Virus record (IMG/VR): IMGVR_UViG_3300048996_000065
Location: 1,460-65,459 of that record
Origin: a virus
Lineage: Duplodnaviria > Caudoviricetes
Strand: one strand, 5' to 3'
DNA length: 64,000 bases
The first letter of the stretch is position 1, and every line of letters begins with the position of its first letter. Below the pieces are notes generated by a model, which saw only the letters and a program-made list of their open reading frames with translations, did no database searches and was not told the origin of the DNA. Shown piece by piece: positions 26,834 to 36,594 of the stretch. The position numbers and the translations under genes were made by a program.

Positions 26834-27136
26834 ATGGAAACGAATACCGAAACGACCTCATCCACCCCTGCCAAGGTTCCGCGCAAGGTTTCTGCGAAGC
26901 CTCCGAAGAAGGTGGCGAAGAAAGGCGCGAAGCTCGTCAAGAAAGTCGCGAAGTCCGTGAAGCCCGACGCAGACGGCAAGGTCGCGCTCAAGACGATCTG
27001 CGCCAAGCTCGACATCGAGCCGCGTTTGGCACGTCGCAAGCTTCGCAACGCGGAACTCAGCTTTCACGACAAGCGCGACCGCTGGAATTTCACGACCGCG
27101 CAGGCCGCGAAGGTGCAGGAAATCCTGAGCGCCTAA
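26834..27136 (+). CDS. Lys-rich (histone H1-like) protein with C-terminal HTH-like domain
   Basis: PAKVPRKVSAKPPKKVAKK...; LKTICAKLDIEPRLARRKLRNA...RWNF. Confidence 0.7.
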   Translation: METNTETTSSTPAKVPRKVSAKPPKKVAKKGAKLVKKVAKSVKPDADGKVALKTICAKLDIEPRLARRKLRNAELSFHDKRDRWNFTTAQAAKVQEILSA

Positions 27137-27137
27137 C

Positions 27138-27202
27138 AAGCCGAAACGCGCCCCCGTTCACGGGGGTTGCGTCCGACCGTATCGCGGTCGCTGATGAGGC
27201 TT
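27138..27202 (+). ncRNA. Type II hammerhead ribozyme
   Basis: Stem II AAGCC/GGCTT; GAAA 27143-46; stem III (A)CGC-GCCCCCG-TTCA-CGGGGGT-T-GCG(T); GTC cleavage triplet 27171-73; stem I CGACCG/CGGTCG; CTGATGA 27191-97. Confidence 0.9.
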
Positions 27203-27206
27203 TAGT

Positions 27207-27491
27207 ATGCGACTCCCCGACGGAAACCCGCCCGAGACTGTGGCCGCTTATTTCGAGCGCGTGCTGGGAGCGAAGCTCGAACCGGGCAAGCCGCATTGCC
27301 CCCCGGAGCACGCTGCAAGCCCGTCGCACCCGAGTTTCACAATCGATACGGCGTGCGGTGAAGAATGTGTCGCCGCTATCGATGCCGCTGCGCCCCTTCA
27401 AGGGCATGCTCGGTTGGCTTTCGGTGAGCGTTACGACGCTCAGTTAATTGATATCACGCGTCACATCGTGCTTTGCTATATCTACGGGTGA
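27207..27491 (+). CDS. Hypothetical protein
   Basis: The GAGG RBS lies inside the ribozyme core. Confidence 0.5.
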   Translation: MRLPDGNPPETVAAYFERVLGAKLEPGKPHCPPEHAASPSHPSFTIDTACGEECVAAIDAAAPLQGHARLAFGERYDAQLIDITRHIVLCYIYG

Positions 27492-27495
27492 AGTG

Positions 27496-27756
27496 ATGAG
27501 TGTTCGTAATTCGCGAACTATTAAACCCTCGGACGTGGTGATTACCGCCGAGAAATTTTTTCAGCTGGAGAAAGAGAACGCTGCTGATCGACCGTCGGCG
27601 TTCTTGCACTACTGTTCCTTAATGCGGATCCGTTGCACGCGGGAGCTGTCTTTGCGCGAGCTGGAAGAAAGTGAGATGGATTTCTTGGAGAAATTTTTCC
27701 GGAAACTTGATTCTTCGATTCCCCCCGCACTGATTAGTAACGATTGGGATACATGA
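27496..27756 (+). CDS. Hypothetical protein
   Basis: Coupled ORF. Confidence 0.45.
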   Translation: MSVRNSRTIKPSDVVITAEKFFQLEKENAADRPSAFLHYCSLMRIRCTRELSLRELEESEMDFLEKFFRKLDSSIPPALISNDWDT

Positions 27757-28283
27757 TGAGTGACGCGCATCGAATCTCAGACCCGGCATTCGTCCGCGAG
27801 TTTATGCTGGCGGGCAACGCGGTCTTCACGCTGCGATCGAAGCGTACCGGCACGCGGTTCACGTATCGCATACGCAAGCCCGACGAGGGCAAGCCGCATT
27901 TCGTCGGGGTTCTAACCGGAGTGGATAACCACAGCTCCTACACGTTTCTGGGTTCGATCTTTCGCGAGACCGAATACCGGCTTGGGCAACGCTCCAAGAT
28001 CGCATTCGATGCACCGTCTGCACGTGCGTTCAGTTGGTTTTGGAAAGCGCTTTCGCGCAACGTGCTCCACCCCAAGCTTGAAGTGTGGCACGAAGGCACG
28101 TGTGGCCGATGCGGGCGCAAGCTAACCGTACCTGAGTCTATCGCGTCCGGGCTCGGTCCCGAGTGCGCGCGTCGTCGCAAGCATAAGCGCGAGCCGTTAC
28201 CCGCCCAGGAACGTGAGTTAGATTACGAACACGAAAAAGAACTTGATCAGTTGTACGAACTTGACGGCTGGGGAAATTCATGA
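27753..28283 (+). CDS. DUF6011-type Zn-finger protein
   Basis: AGNAVFTLRS..TGTRFTY, WHEG.CGRCGRKLTVPESI..G.GPEC. Confidence 0.75.
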   Translation: MMSDAHRISDPAFVREFMLAGNAVFTLRSKRTGTRFTYRIRKPDEGKPHFVGVLTGVDNHSSYTFLGSIFRETEYRLGQRSKIAFDAPSARAFSWFWKALSRNVLHPKLEVWHEGTCGRCGRKLTVPESIASGLGPECARRRKHKREPLPAQERELDYEHEKELDQLYELDGWGNS

Positions 28284-28432
28284 TTCACTTTCTTCTTTTC
28301 ACCATCGCCTGCATCATGCTCTTTGGAGTCGAGCCCGTGCGAACCGTCTTCTGGTTCTTCGTGAAATGCACGTTCTACCTGACGCTTGCAGGGATTGCCG
28401 GGGTTACCTGGCTGACGATGCGCGGTGGCTAA
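28280..28432 (+). CDS. Small membrane protein
   Basis: MIHFLLFTIACIMLFG...YLTLAGIAGVTWL; ATGA-coupled. Confidence 0.45.
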   Translation: MIHFLLFTIACIMLFGVEPVRTVFWFFVKCTFYLTLAGIAGVTWLTMRGG

Positions 28433-28540
28433 AGCGTTCGACTCCCGGAACGATCGAGCGTAATATAATTCCCGACGCGCGACGATAACGCGCGCCCCAG
28501 CGGCTTTCTCTCTCGATGATTTCTAATTTGAGGAGGTTGT

Positions 28541-29275
28541 TTGAAAAAAGCGAAGAAACCGGTGAAACGTAGCGCGCCCCTAAAAGCTACGAAGCCCGCG
28601 ACGGTTAAAGTCAACCGCGCGGAAATCAAAAAGCAGAACGACCGAACCCACGAAGCGATTGCGCGAGCTGCTAAAGCGACCGCACCCCCTGAACCCCCGA
28701 AGCCAGAGATCACCGTTCGTACGATCTACTACGACGATCAACACCTACCGGCCCTATGCATTCGCCCGATTGACGGGCTGTATACCCAAGCCATTATAGG
28801 AGACCGCGTTAACGGCATCCGAGTCGTTAAGGTTTCCGTCCGCAATCACGACCGCTCAGAGCTTACGATGCACGGGGCGGGAACGTTTCGCGAGCCGTAC
28901 CCGGTCGCACTATTCGCGAAGCATATGCATACGCTTGCGCATAACGGCGTTACGATCGAGCCCGAGGCGCGAGCGTTGCTCGCCCCGCTCGTTCCGTCCG
29001 CGCTCCCCGCAATCGCTCCCCCGCCCGCTAATACGCTTCTGACCGAGCCCGAACGCATGCAACGCGATACCGAAGCCGCGCGCAGCATTACGACGGCGAT
29101 GCGCAAAGCCGCAACGGGACCGAGCCGTACGGGCGGGAAGGAGCTTATACGAACGCTCGCCGAGGAATACGGGCTCCCGCCCGAAAAGGTCCGAGCGAAG
29201 CTCCGAGGAGCCGGGCTTAAAGCCCCCTACACTTCTGAGACCGAATGTCGCAAGGCAATGGGAGGAAAGAAATGA
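28541..29275 (+). CDS. Hypothetical protein with C-terminal HTH-like domain
   Basis: TTG start with GAGGAGG RBS; IRTLAEEYGLPPEKVRAKLRGAG. Confidence 0.6.
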   Translation: MKKAKKPVKRSAPLKATKPATVKVNRAEIKKQNDRTHEAIARAAKATAPPEPPKPEITVRTIYYDDQHLPALCIRPIDGLYTQAIIGDRVNGIRVVKVSVRNHDRSELTMHGAGTFREPYPVALFAKHMHTLAHNGVTIEPEARALLAPLVPSALPAIAPPPANTLLTEPERMQRDTEAARSITTAMRKAATGPSRTGGKELIRTLAEEYGLPPEKVRAKLRGAGLKAPYTSETECRKAMGGKK

Positions 29276-29396
29276 TCTGGGAGATTGTTCAATATGGTTT
29301 AGCGCAAGCCCTAACTGCCACTCAAGCTTTCACCGTGGGGGTGTGCGTGGGTTTGGTGTTCGGCTTGGTAGAATGGAAACGATTAGGAGATGACTT

Positions 29397-29582
29397 TTGA
29401 AAGCTCCACCGCCACTCGACCGAAGGCCTTGTCCAGGGACGGGCAAGCCAGCGATGAAATCGGAGGAATGGGGCGGTCCTCCGATGTGTCCGCATTGCAC
29501 TCGTTACGTTAGTGTTGAAATAGGAAAGCCTACCCCCGCTCATCAAACCGTTTACGACAATCAACATCCGAGCGTGTCATGA
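29397..29582 (+). CDS. Small Cys/His protein
   Basis: CPGTG...CPHC...H; AGGAG RBS. Confidence 0.4.
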   Translation: MKAPPPLDRRPCPGTGKPAMKSEEWGGPPMCPHCTRYVSVEIGKPTPAHQTVYDNQHPSVS

Positions 29583-30070
29583 AAACTACACCACACACCA
29601 TATTCATTTACTCTTGGGGAAATTTTCTTCGCATCGTTCGCGGAGAACACACCGTACCGGAAGCGCAGACGAAGCCGCGCGTATACCCGGACCTTGAAAG
29701 CGCGATTCAGGGTGAACGCAAACGTCCTAAGATCGTCGCACGTCTTAACTTGTTTCCATCCGACAAGCACCTGAACAAACGGTTGAAAGCTATCAAAGCT
29801 CCCGTGAAGGTGGCGCAGCATCGAACCTTGGCCGATGCGATCCGTAGCAGCCTATTCCTGTATGCCCAGGCGGGCTACGATTCCGAGCACAAGGAAATCG
29901 CTTACATCTACCATCGCAGCCCAGCTAACCATACCGGATTGGTGATGGCAAAGAGCGGACCGATCAAAGCCGCTCGACAGCTTTTGAAAAAGTATAAGAA
30001 GCCGCCGATGCGTGATTTCAATTACCGTGATCCTACCAAACGCAAATTCACCCTGGGAGAAGTAGCATGA
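29579..30070 (+). CDS. Hypothetical protein
   Basis: ATGA-coupled 163 aa ORF. Confidence 0.5.
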   Translation: MKTTPHTIFIYSWGNFLRIVRGEHTVPEAQTKPRVYPDLESAIQGERKRPKIVARLNLFPSDKHLNKRLKAIKAPVKVAQHRTLADAIRSSLFLYAQAGYDSEHKEIAYIYHRSPANHTGLVMAKSGPIKAARQLLKKYKKPPMRDFNYRDPTKRKFTLGEVA

Positions 30071-30846
30071 AGAATGTAATTCGAGAGACCAGCGAAACCG
30101 AGGCCCATTTCAAGAAGGGCGATCGTGTGAAAGTACGAAATTTAGTCCATCCTTACGAGGTCGTATTCATCACCCACAATCTGGGAAAGAAATTGGCACA
30201 TCGCTACTACCTGAAATGTACCGTGGACGGAGTGCTCCAGGATTTAGCGGAGGCGTACGCGGCCGATATGGAGCTTGCTCCGGTCGTATCCGAGCCCGCA
30301 CAGGAGCTTACGTTGGTGCTCGAACCGGATGCCCCGAACGAAGCTCCTAGCGCTCCTAGCGACGGCGTAGCTATGCACCACGCGCATGTTCCCGGACGCT
30401 TGGACCCGGACGAGCGCATGCCCGCAGGGAGCTTCGGGGGTGATACCGACGAATACTCGGCCGCTGGCCGCTCCGAACCCGACTTGATTTTCGGCGATAT
30501 GGTAGAAGTCTTAAAGCCGAAGGAACGTCGGTACTTTCCTCAACGCACGTCGATGAATCCGCAGAGCGTTGTGTATCGATCCTACTTTAAGGGAATGGAG
30601 AACGTGAAAGCTCCCGAAGACGATGAAATGGTCCCCAGGGAGGTAGTGGTAACGAAAGAAACCAATGGATACGCGGTGTGGATAGAAATCGCTGGATTCG
30701 AATGTTACGAGGTAGTTTTAGAAGAATTCTACCCGGCCGCACTCAAGTCCAGAGAAGGTGCGATCGAACATGGGGTTCTGCTAGCATTGCGAAAGATTTC
30801 CCCGCAGAATGAAGACATTGCTATTGAGTTGTCCCGATATATCTAA
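30067..30846 (+). CDS. Hypothetical protein (N-terminal SH3/KOW-like)
   Basis: FKKGDRVKV; GGAG RBS. Confidence 0.55.
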   Translation: MKNVIRETSETEAHFKKGDRVKVRNLVHPYEVVFITHNLGKKLAHRYYLKCTVDGVLQDLAEAYAADMELAPVVSEPAQELTLVLEPDAPNEAPSAPSDGVAMHHAHVPGRLDPDERMPAGSFGGDTDEYSAAGRSEPDLIFGDMVEVLKPKERRYFPQRTSMNPQSVVYRSYFKGMENVKAPEDDEMVPREVVVTKETNGYAVWIEIAGFECYEVVLEEFYPAALKSREGAIEHGVLLALRKISPQNEDIAIELSRYI

Positions 30847-30871
30847 AGCCGACTTAACCTAGGAGACCTTC

Positions 30872-31201
30872 ATGGAAAAGAAACCAGATTACACCCGTCT
30901 GCGCGATACGTTGATTGATGCAAACGGAGCGCGTGAAAAGTTCCCGTCAATCGGCGCAGCCAAACGTCGATCGCGGTTCTTACAACAACAAGGAAAGATT
31001 GTTGTCGTCGATCGCAGCGAAGACCCCGTGGCCAAACCGCTGAACTTCGGCCGCAAGCATCGCTCCGTGTCGTTCGCCGAGGAACGCCGCATTCAGCGCT
31101 ACAACGAACGAGAAGAACGCATGCGTCAGCGACAAGCGGATGATCCGTTGAACAGCCGCAAGGTTGCGATTCTGAGTCGTCGCATGAAGGTGGCCCCATG
31201 A
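30872..31201 (+). CDS. Basic hypothetical protein
   Basis: AGGAG RBS. Confidence 0.5.
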   Translation: MEKKPDYTRLRDTLIDANGAREKFPSIGAAKRRSRFLQQQGKIVVVDRSEDPVAKPLNFGRKHRSVSFAEERRIQRYNEREERMRQRQADDPLNSRKVAILSRRMKVAP

Positions 31202-31386
31202 AATATCTCATCGTGATTCTATCGTGTTTGAACATCGACCCGTCGAAGTGCACGGACGAGTATGTTCAGCACGTAGAGCAAACCCTGACCGAGTGTCAGG
31301 AGCTGATCAGCACCGTCAATTGGAATGTTACGAAGCATCCCCAGGGAACGCATGTACGGCCGATCTGCCGCAAGGTAACCCCGTGA
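31198..31386 (+). CDS. Small Cys-containing protein with hydrophobic N-terminus
   Basis: MKYLIVILSC...C...EC...C. Confidence 0.45.
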   Translation: MKYLIVILSCLNIDPSKCTDEYVQHVEQTLTECQELISTVNWNVTKHPQGTHVRPICRKVTP

Positions 31387-31484
31387 GATTCGAATATAAG
31401 TGCAAGCATTGCCATAAAATCTATCGGGTCAATTACAACCGTTGCCCATGGTGCGGTGGACCCCTAGAGGAGAATGTATCATGA
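31383..31484 (+). CDS. Tiny Zn-ribbon protein
   Basis: GTG start, FEYKCKHC...RCPWCG; coupled at both ends. Confidence 0.45.
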   Translation: MRFEYKCKHCHKIYRVNYNRCPWCGGPLEENVS

Positions 31485-32125
31485 TCGGTCGTCGATTCTA
31501 TGATCTGCTGGAAATCAGCGAGGATGCCACGCAGAAGGATATCAAGGACGCATATCGTCGGCTGTCTTCCCGGTACCACCCTGATAAGCAACACGGTAAG
31601 TCGCAGGATGAGGCGGAAGAAAATGCCAAGCGCTTCGTGGATGTGAAAACCGCTTACGAGTGTTTGAATGATCCCGAGAAGCGGGTCATCTACGACGAGA
31701 GTGGCGATGACTCGTCCGGCCCTAAAGCCGATCCCGTAGAAGACTTGTTCATGACCATGTTGAACGAGCTGATCGAAGATTCGGATAGCATCGCGGAGCT
31801 ACTAGCTAAATGCCGGCATGCTACCGAAGCCTTGATCAGCGACGTGGATGTTCGTAAAGCCGAACAGAACAAACTTATTTGGCGGCTCGAGCGGATCATG
31901 AAGAAAGTCAAATACAAAGGTAAAGGAGCTAACCTAATCGAAGGGGTGTACGCGGATAAGATAAAGAATGCAAAAGCCGGGTTGGAGGACTTGGTAGACG
32001 CTGGCAATGCCGCTAACGGCCTCTTAACCTTGCTGAAGGATTATGAGCCGTTGGATCGATACGACGGGAAGCGGGATTCCATAATCGATCCCGCCCAGCT
32101 TCTTCGTGACTTTACTAGGATTTAA
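31481..32125 (+). CDS. J-domain (DnaJ-like) protein
   Basis: FYDLLEI...IKDAYRRL...YHPDK...AYECL.DPEKR..YD; GAGGAG RBS. Confidence 0.9.
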   Translation: MIGRRFYDLLEISEDATQKDIKDAYRRLSSRYHPDKQHGKSQDEAEENAKRFVDVKTAYECLNDPEKRVIYDESGDDSSGPKADPVEDLFMTMLNELIEDSDSIAELLAKCRHATEALISDVDVRKAEQNKLIWRLERIMKKVKYKGKGANLIEGVYADKIKNAKAGLEDLVDAGNAANGLLTLLKDYEPLDRYDGKRDSIIDPAQLLRDFTRI

Positions 32126-34262
32126 CCCAGAAGACTTCGGTGTCTTTTGATTCACCGCATGCGACGATGTCAGCTACTGTGAGCTGAGCTATAACGTCCT
32201 CCAAATCCCTCGCGGTCAGATGCCGGCACAGACGAGTAAGGACACTTCGCGGCATCATCCCCGTAGTCATCAGTTCGATGGCTTTCTTATCATTCTTCGC
32301 ACGACTGACGAATTCTCGACAGTGCCGGATATAGCGCTCCACCGTTTTGGAGCGTTGCTCGACGATCGTACGCGATGAACTCTCCTCGACCCGTACGCGC
32401 CAGCGCTCTGTGCTCCAGCGGATGAATTTAAGCGACCACTCGGCGATCGATTCCGTAATGCGGGGCTGCTTAGGATTCACCCCCACCGCCACGATGCCCG
32501 CAAGGATGATAGCATTCTGGTTAGCTCGACCCCAAACACCCGCACTATCATTTTGAAATGCATTGGTGCGAGACTCGTAGTCGAAATCTCGGAACATGTT
32601 ATAGACGTCGGTCGTATCGAATCGTATACGTCGGAACGGTCCGTCCCCGTTAGTAGGGGTAGACATCCCCTTTATGACTTTATAGAAATCGTCGAACTTG
32701 GAAGGGAAAACGGTTTGGCGATTTAAGTTGGCTTGTGGTACGCGGTCGCCAGAGTCGAATAGAACGAACCGATTAACGAACCCCTGAGCGATATCCGAAT
32801 CCGTCAGGGCTTCGAGCATCTGAGCGGGTTGGGACGCCGCCATGCATAGGAAGAAGGGGTTTTCGATTGCGCTAATAGCGTTCTTGCGAGCCGGAATCCC
32901 TGGCGAGCTGCCGTTAGCCCGTCCGTATAGCGAAAGCAGCCAGGTAAGAATCGAGAAGTCCTGCCCGCCTTGCGAGCGGTTAGCGGAACGCATCTTACGA
33001 GCGGCCTCATCCCAGAGCCAACAGGCTACGTTGGGAGCTGACGATAATCGATCGAGCATCGCGTGGTAGGATTGAAACCCCTGGAAAGCGTAATCACCCA
33101 GGCCAAGCTTGCGAGCGAATTGATAAACCGATTCGAGCGCGGATTCTTTACCGCCGGCTGTTGGCGCCAATAGCATGAAGTAGGGTTGCAGTGGTGTATC
33201 CCATCCCTCTACAACATATCGATTCATGGTCATCAGGGATGCGGACATCAATCCAACGGACAAATCGAAGGTGGGTTGTGTTAGAAATGATCGTCGCGCG
33301 GACCATGCAGCAATCTCGCCTACGATGCCAGGAACTTTACACAGGGATTCGATATCTTCCTGTTCTTTTAATCGGATCTTGGGCTTGAATCCTTTCTGTA
33401 CCACCTCGTAGTTCTTACTAAGGCTTAACCAGGATTTGATGAGCCGCATATCCTCACCATGCATCCATTGCGATAACGTGCGCCAGCCGGCAATGCGATT
33501 TCCCTCGCGAAAATGCGTGATCGTATTCTCAATGGTGCGCTCGCGTTGCGGCCGATCGTTTTCCTTGTTATATACCGCGTCCAGAATCGCACGTCCGAAC
33601 GAACGCACCTTATCTTCTTCCCAACCCTCCCAGAGCAGTGCGCCCGCAATCGCATGAATGTAGTCGTGACGACCGCCCTTCTCAGGGTAATAGCGTGCGA
33701 AGAGTGCAGCGGCTGATACTTGATTTACCAGCAGTTCGAGATTTTTCTTCGTGATCGTCCGGATTTCGATATCGTGATTGATCTCGTACCGTTCCTTATC
33801 TGGGTGCATCGATGGCGGCAATACGGATTGGGCACCAGAGGCACGAACTTCCGAAATGACGGAACGTTTCGCAGAATCCCCCGCACCGCTGTCATAACGT
33901 TTATATCCTGCAGCTCCCTCCACCCGATACAAGTAGTGCGTGCTGGGGCGACTTCTTCGACCGTACACAAAGGTTTCGGGAAGGATACGGGGGGCAGCTC
34001 TGGAAGCCTCGTCCCAATCAAGATCAACGTCGATGATCCCGTTAGACGGAGAACCCCATAATCCACCAACATTATCACCTCGTTGAAAGAATCGTGGGAT
34101 TGTGTCATGGGTCACCTTTAATTTGTTCCAGCCCTTGCCATCCTTCGGCTTCTTCGATCGAGGGGCTATAGGAACAGGCATGATGCCGCGTTCGAGCCAA
34201 GACCGGGCGATTGAAACACTGTCAATTTTACGCGAAGGGATTTTTCCCTTAAGCTTAGGCAT
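32115..34262 (-). CDS. Primase-polymerase fused to P-loop helicase domain
   Basis: N-terminal Prim-Pol (DVDLD, HYLY, QSVLPPSMHP); Walker A APTAGGKE; Walker B WDE; GFVNRF. Confidence 0.85.
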   Translation of the reverse strand: MPKLKGKIPSRKIDSVSIARSWLERGIMPVPIAPRSKKPKDGKGWNKLKVTHDTIPRFFQRGDNVGGLWGSPSNGIIDVDLDWDEASRAAPRILPETFVYGRRSRPSTHYLYRVEGAAGYKRYDSGAGDSAKRSVISEVRASGAQSVLPPSMHPDKERYEINHDIEIRTITKKNLELLVNQVSAAALFARYYPEKGGRHDYIHAIAGALLWEGWEEDKVRSFGRAILDAVYNKENDRPQRERTIENTITHFREGNRIAGWRTLSQWMHGEDMRLIKSWLSLSKNYEVVQKGFKPKIRLKEQEDIESLCKVPGIVGEIAAWSARRSFLTQPTFDLSVGLMSASLMTMNRYVVEGWDTPLQPYFMLLAPTAGGKESALESVYQFARKLGLGDYAFQGFQSYHAMLDRLSSAPNVACWLWDEAARKMRSANRSQGGQDFSILTWLLSLYGRANGSSPGIPARKNAISAIENPFFLCMAASQPAQMLEALTDSDIAQGFVNRFVLFDSGDRVPQANLNRQTVFPSKFDDFYKVIKGMSTPTNGDGPFRRIRFDTTDVYNMFRDFDYESRTNAFQNDSAGVWGRANQNAIILAGIVAVGVNPKQPRITESIAEWSLKFIRWSTERWRVRVEESSSRTIVEQRSKTVERYIRHCREFVSRAKNDKKAIELMTTGMMPRSVLTRLCRHLTARDLEDVIAQLTVADIVACGESKDTEVFWVKS

Positions 34263-34316
34263 GTCCGATTTACTCCAGTGGGTTGGACTATTAGGCGGGT
34301 TAAGACTTAGGGTGTC

Positions 34317-34508
34317 TTAGCTCGCCTTTTTCTTTCGTCCACGTTTCACTGCGTTGATTTTGAGAGCGCGTTTCACACGCGAATAAGAATTAGCTTCGAT
34401 TAGGACCGCGTACCCGTGACGGGAAACGGGAATCTCTAACGCTTTCAAGTAGCGGCTCAATCGCTGAATCGAAACCCCCAGGCTACGCGAGGCCGTGCTT
34501 AGATTCAT
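34317..34508 (-). CDS. Small HTH DNA-binding protein
   Basis: MNLSTASRSLGVSIQRLSRYL...KRGRKKK. Confidence 0.55.
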   Translation of the reverse strand: MNLSTASRSLGVSIQRLSRYLKALEIPVSRHGYAVLIEANSYSRVKRALKINAVKRGRKKKAS

Positions 34509-34675
34509 AGGAAAGCGTGCGCGCGTGCGTTCGTTATATGCGGCATCCGCCGATATAGTGCTCATCGTTGAATTTACCTGTACGTTGTAAAGCCCGCTGG
34601 GCTATTATGTTGAGCGATCACGATAGCCCGAAAATCCCTAAATTAAAAATAGTCTTTTCATCTGGAGCACACTGC

Positions 34676-35191
34676 ATGAGCATAGTATGCGTGGAAGGTT
34701 GTGATGGTAGCGGCAAAACAACTCTCATCGAAAAAGCGCGCGGGTCTCAGAAGGATCGTTACTTCCTTACTGTTCGAGCGTCACGTTATCCCCCCGACGT
34801 GTCCACGGCCGTTCGTTATCTGAACTTTGTTACGAGAACACACAGTCGACTTGATGTGGTTCTCGATCGAATTCATTTCATCTCCGATCGCATCTACGGA
34901 CCCGTTCTCCGTAATGCCGACATCTTCAAAGACTTTTCGATCGTCTACGGTTTATCCGAAGTCGACATAGTCGTATATGCGCGACCCCCGCGTGAAGTGA
35001 TTCTGGAAAACGTTCGCAAGGGAATGCAGCTGGGTGGCGTAATCGAAAACGCAGAAGCCATCATCGATCGTTACGATGAACACATGGCCAAGTTGCGTAA
35101 CGAGGGAGTAACTGTGATGGTTTACGATTACACCTCGGACGATCCGGTGGTGTTCTGGAATCACGTCTGGCAAAAAGCCCAAGGGGAATAA
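34676..35191 (+). CDS. Deoxynucleoside monophosphate kinase (TMK-like)
   Basis: VEGCDGSGKTT P-loop; LDR...SDRIYG; GGAG RBS. Confidence 0.85.
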   Translation: MSIVCVEGCDGSGKTTLIEKARGSQKDRYFLTVRASRYPPDVSTAVRYLNFVTRTHSRLDVVLDRIHFISDRIYGPVLRNADIFKDFSIVYGLSEVDIVVYARPPREVILENVRKGMQLGGVIENAEAIIDRYDEHMAKLRNEGVTVMVYDYTSDDPVVFWNHVWQKAQGE

Positions 35192-35192
35192 C

Positions 35193-35783
35193 ATGAGCGA
35201 ACCTTTCAAAAGAATCATGCGCCATCAGGCAATACTAATGGCCAACTTCCGGGAGATCGAATTCGGGAACGGGTTCAACTTCCCAGGATGGCCGGTCGAC
35301 CCGGCAAGCATGCAGGGACAGCACGAGATCCGTCGACTCGCGTGGTGCATTCAGGAGGAGCTGTGCGAGGCCGATGAAGCATCGGACATCGAATCCCACC
35401 TGGAGTCCAGACATAAGCTCCTGACGCACAAAGAGATGATCGATGCGTTGCACTTCATTGCCGAGCTGATGCTAACGCTCGGTTACTGGCCCGAGGATCT
35501 GCCGCCGCAACCCGCCATCTTCATGACAGAGATATACACGCTTCCAGCTCATCTGTATATCACCATGACGGATTTGGGGAAAACGATCAATCTCTGCAAA
35601 TCAAAACCCTGGAAGCAGTCGTTGAAAACGTTCGATGAGGATCAGTTCAAACAAAAGCTTTCTCGCTTCATCTGTTCGTTCTTCCGCACGTGCTACGCCC
35701 TGGGCCTGAATGACGAGGTCATTGAAATGGTGTATATGGGCAAAGCTTACGAGAATCAAGAACGAATCGACGCAGGGGTATGA
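35193..35783 (+). CDS. All-alpha dimeric dUTPase/dCTPase-like pyrophosphatase
   Basis: EELCEA, EMIDALHF, KPWK, Y.GK..EN..R...G motifs. Confidence 0.75.
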   Translation: MSEPFKRIMRHQAILMANFREIEFGNGFNFPGWPVDPASMQGQHEIRRLAWCIQEELCEADEASDIESHLESRHKLLTHKEMIDALHFIAELMLTLGYWPEDLPPQPAIFMTEIYTLPAHLYITMTDLGKTINLCKSKPWKQSLKTFDEDQFKQKLSRFICSFFRTCYALGLNDEVIEMVYMGKAYENQERIDAGV

Positions 35784-35784
35784 C

Positions 35785-36594
35785 ATGTCCTTCTATGCCC
35801 GAGACTTTATCGTCGATCTGATCAAACGTGAAGCCTTTCTATATGCGGGAGTGCGCAAGATTGTTCAGGGTGTTTCGTGGACGGCTCCGAACCCGTTTCC
35901 AACCCTGAAATTCGATGAGCTTGGATATGGAAGTAATAAATTCAAGCAACTCCAGAGAAATTACTTCGATCAGGAAGAAGTAAACCGCGTAAAATCGCAG
36001 CTAACAAAAAGGAAGCGCGCGGCGTTCACGGCCGTAGCGATGAACATGAAAGCGGGTAAGAAAGACTCTCGGAGCATGGGACACTGCATGCAAACGTTGG
36101 TGATCAATCGTACACCGAAGGTGACTACGGTTGAGTTGCAATATCGATCCACCGAAGCGATCCTAAAGTTCGGTGGCGATATTTGTTATCTTCCGTGGGT
36201 GTTCAACCAGCTGGAAATCGAGCCGTCAACGGTGCGATTCCATTTCGCTAATGCTTTTATAAGCGGCGTGTATTTCCCTACGCTATTTACGACGTGGAAC
36301 CCGATCAGCTACCTGGAGCTGCTATGGGCTCACGATCGTAAGCTCTTCGCCGGCGGTACGCGCTTCCTGTTGCGGAGCGCGTATAAGCGGGACCAGCATT
36401 TCCCGTATAGCCCGGAAAACCTGCAACATCGATTTTTGTGGGAACGAGTCGGACCTCCGACGATCAAGCGAATCAAAGATTACTTGGAAGAAAAACATAA
36501 GCTCTTCGGTAAGCCGCTCCCGAAGTTGCATCACAAAAAGGACGGTTCTTATATTCCTCGCGGTAAACGAAAACACACTGGAGACGACGAATGA
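35785..36594 (+). CDS. Divergent thymidylate-synthase-fold protein 1
   Basis: GHCMQ Cys 20 residues before YRSTEAILKFGGD (TS RSxD...N motif, here RSxE...D). Confidence 0.6.
   Translation: MSFYARDFIVDLIKREAFLYAGVRKIVQGVSWTAPNPFPTLKFDELGYGSNKFKQLQRNYFDQEEVNRVKSQLTKRKRAAFTAVAMNMKAGKKDSRSMGHCMQTLVINRTPKVTTVELQYRSTEAILKFGGDICYLPWVFNQLEIEPSTVRFHFANAFISGVYFPTLFTTWNPISYLELLWAHDRKLFAGGTRFLLRSAYKRDQHFPYSPENLQHRFLWERVGPPTIKRIKDYLEEKHKLFGKPLPKLHHKKDGSYIPRGKRKHTGDDE

Noticed and set aside
28380-28455. GTTCGACTCCCGG resembling a tRNA T-loop
   Set aside because: The flanks do not form a T-stem and no cloverleaf can be built; it more likely overlaps a promoter (TAATATAAT at about 28461)
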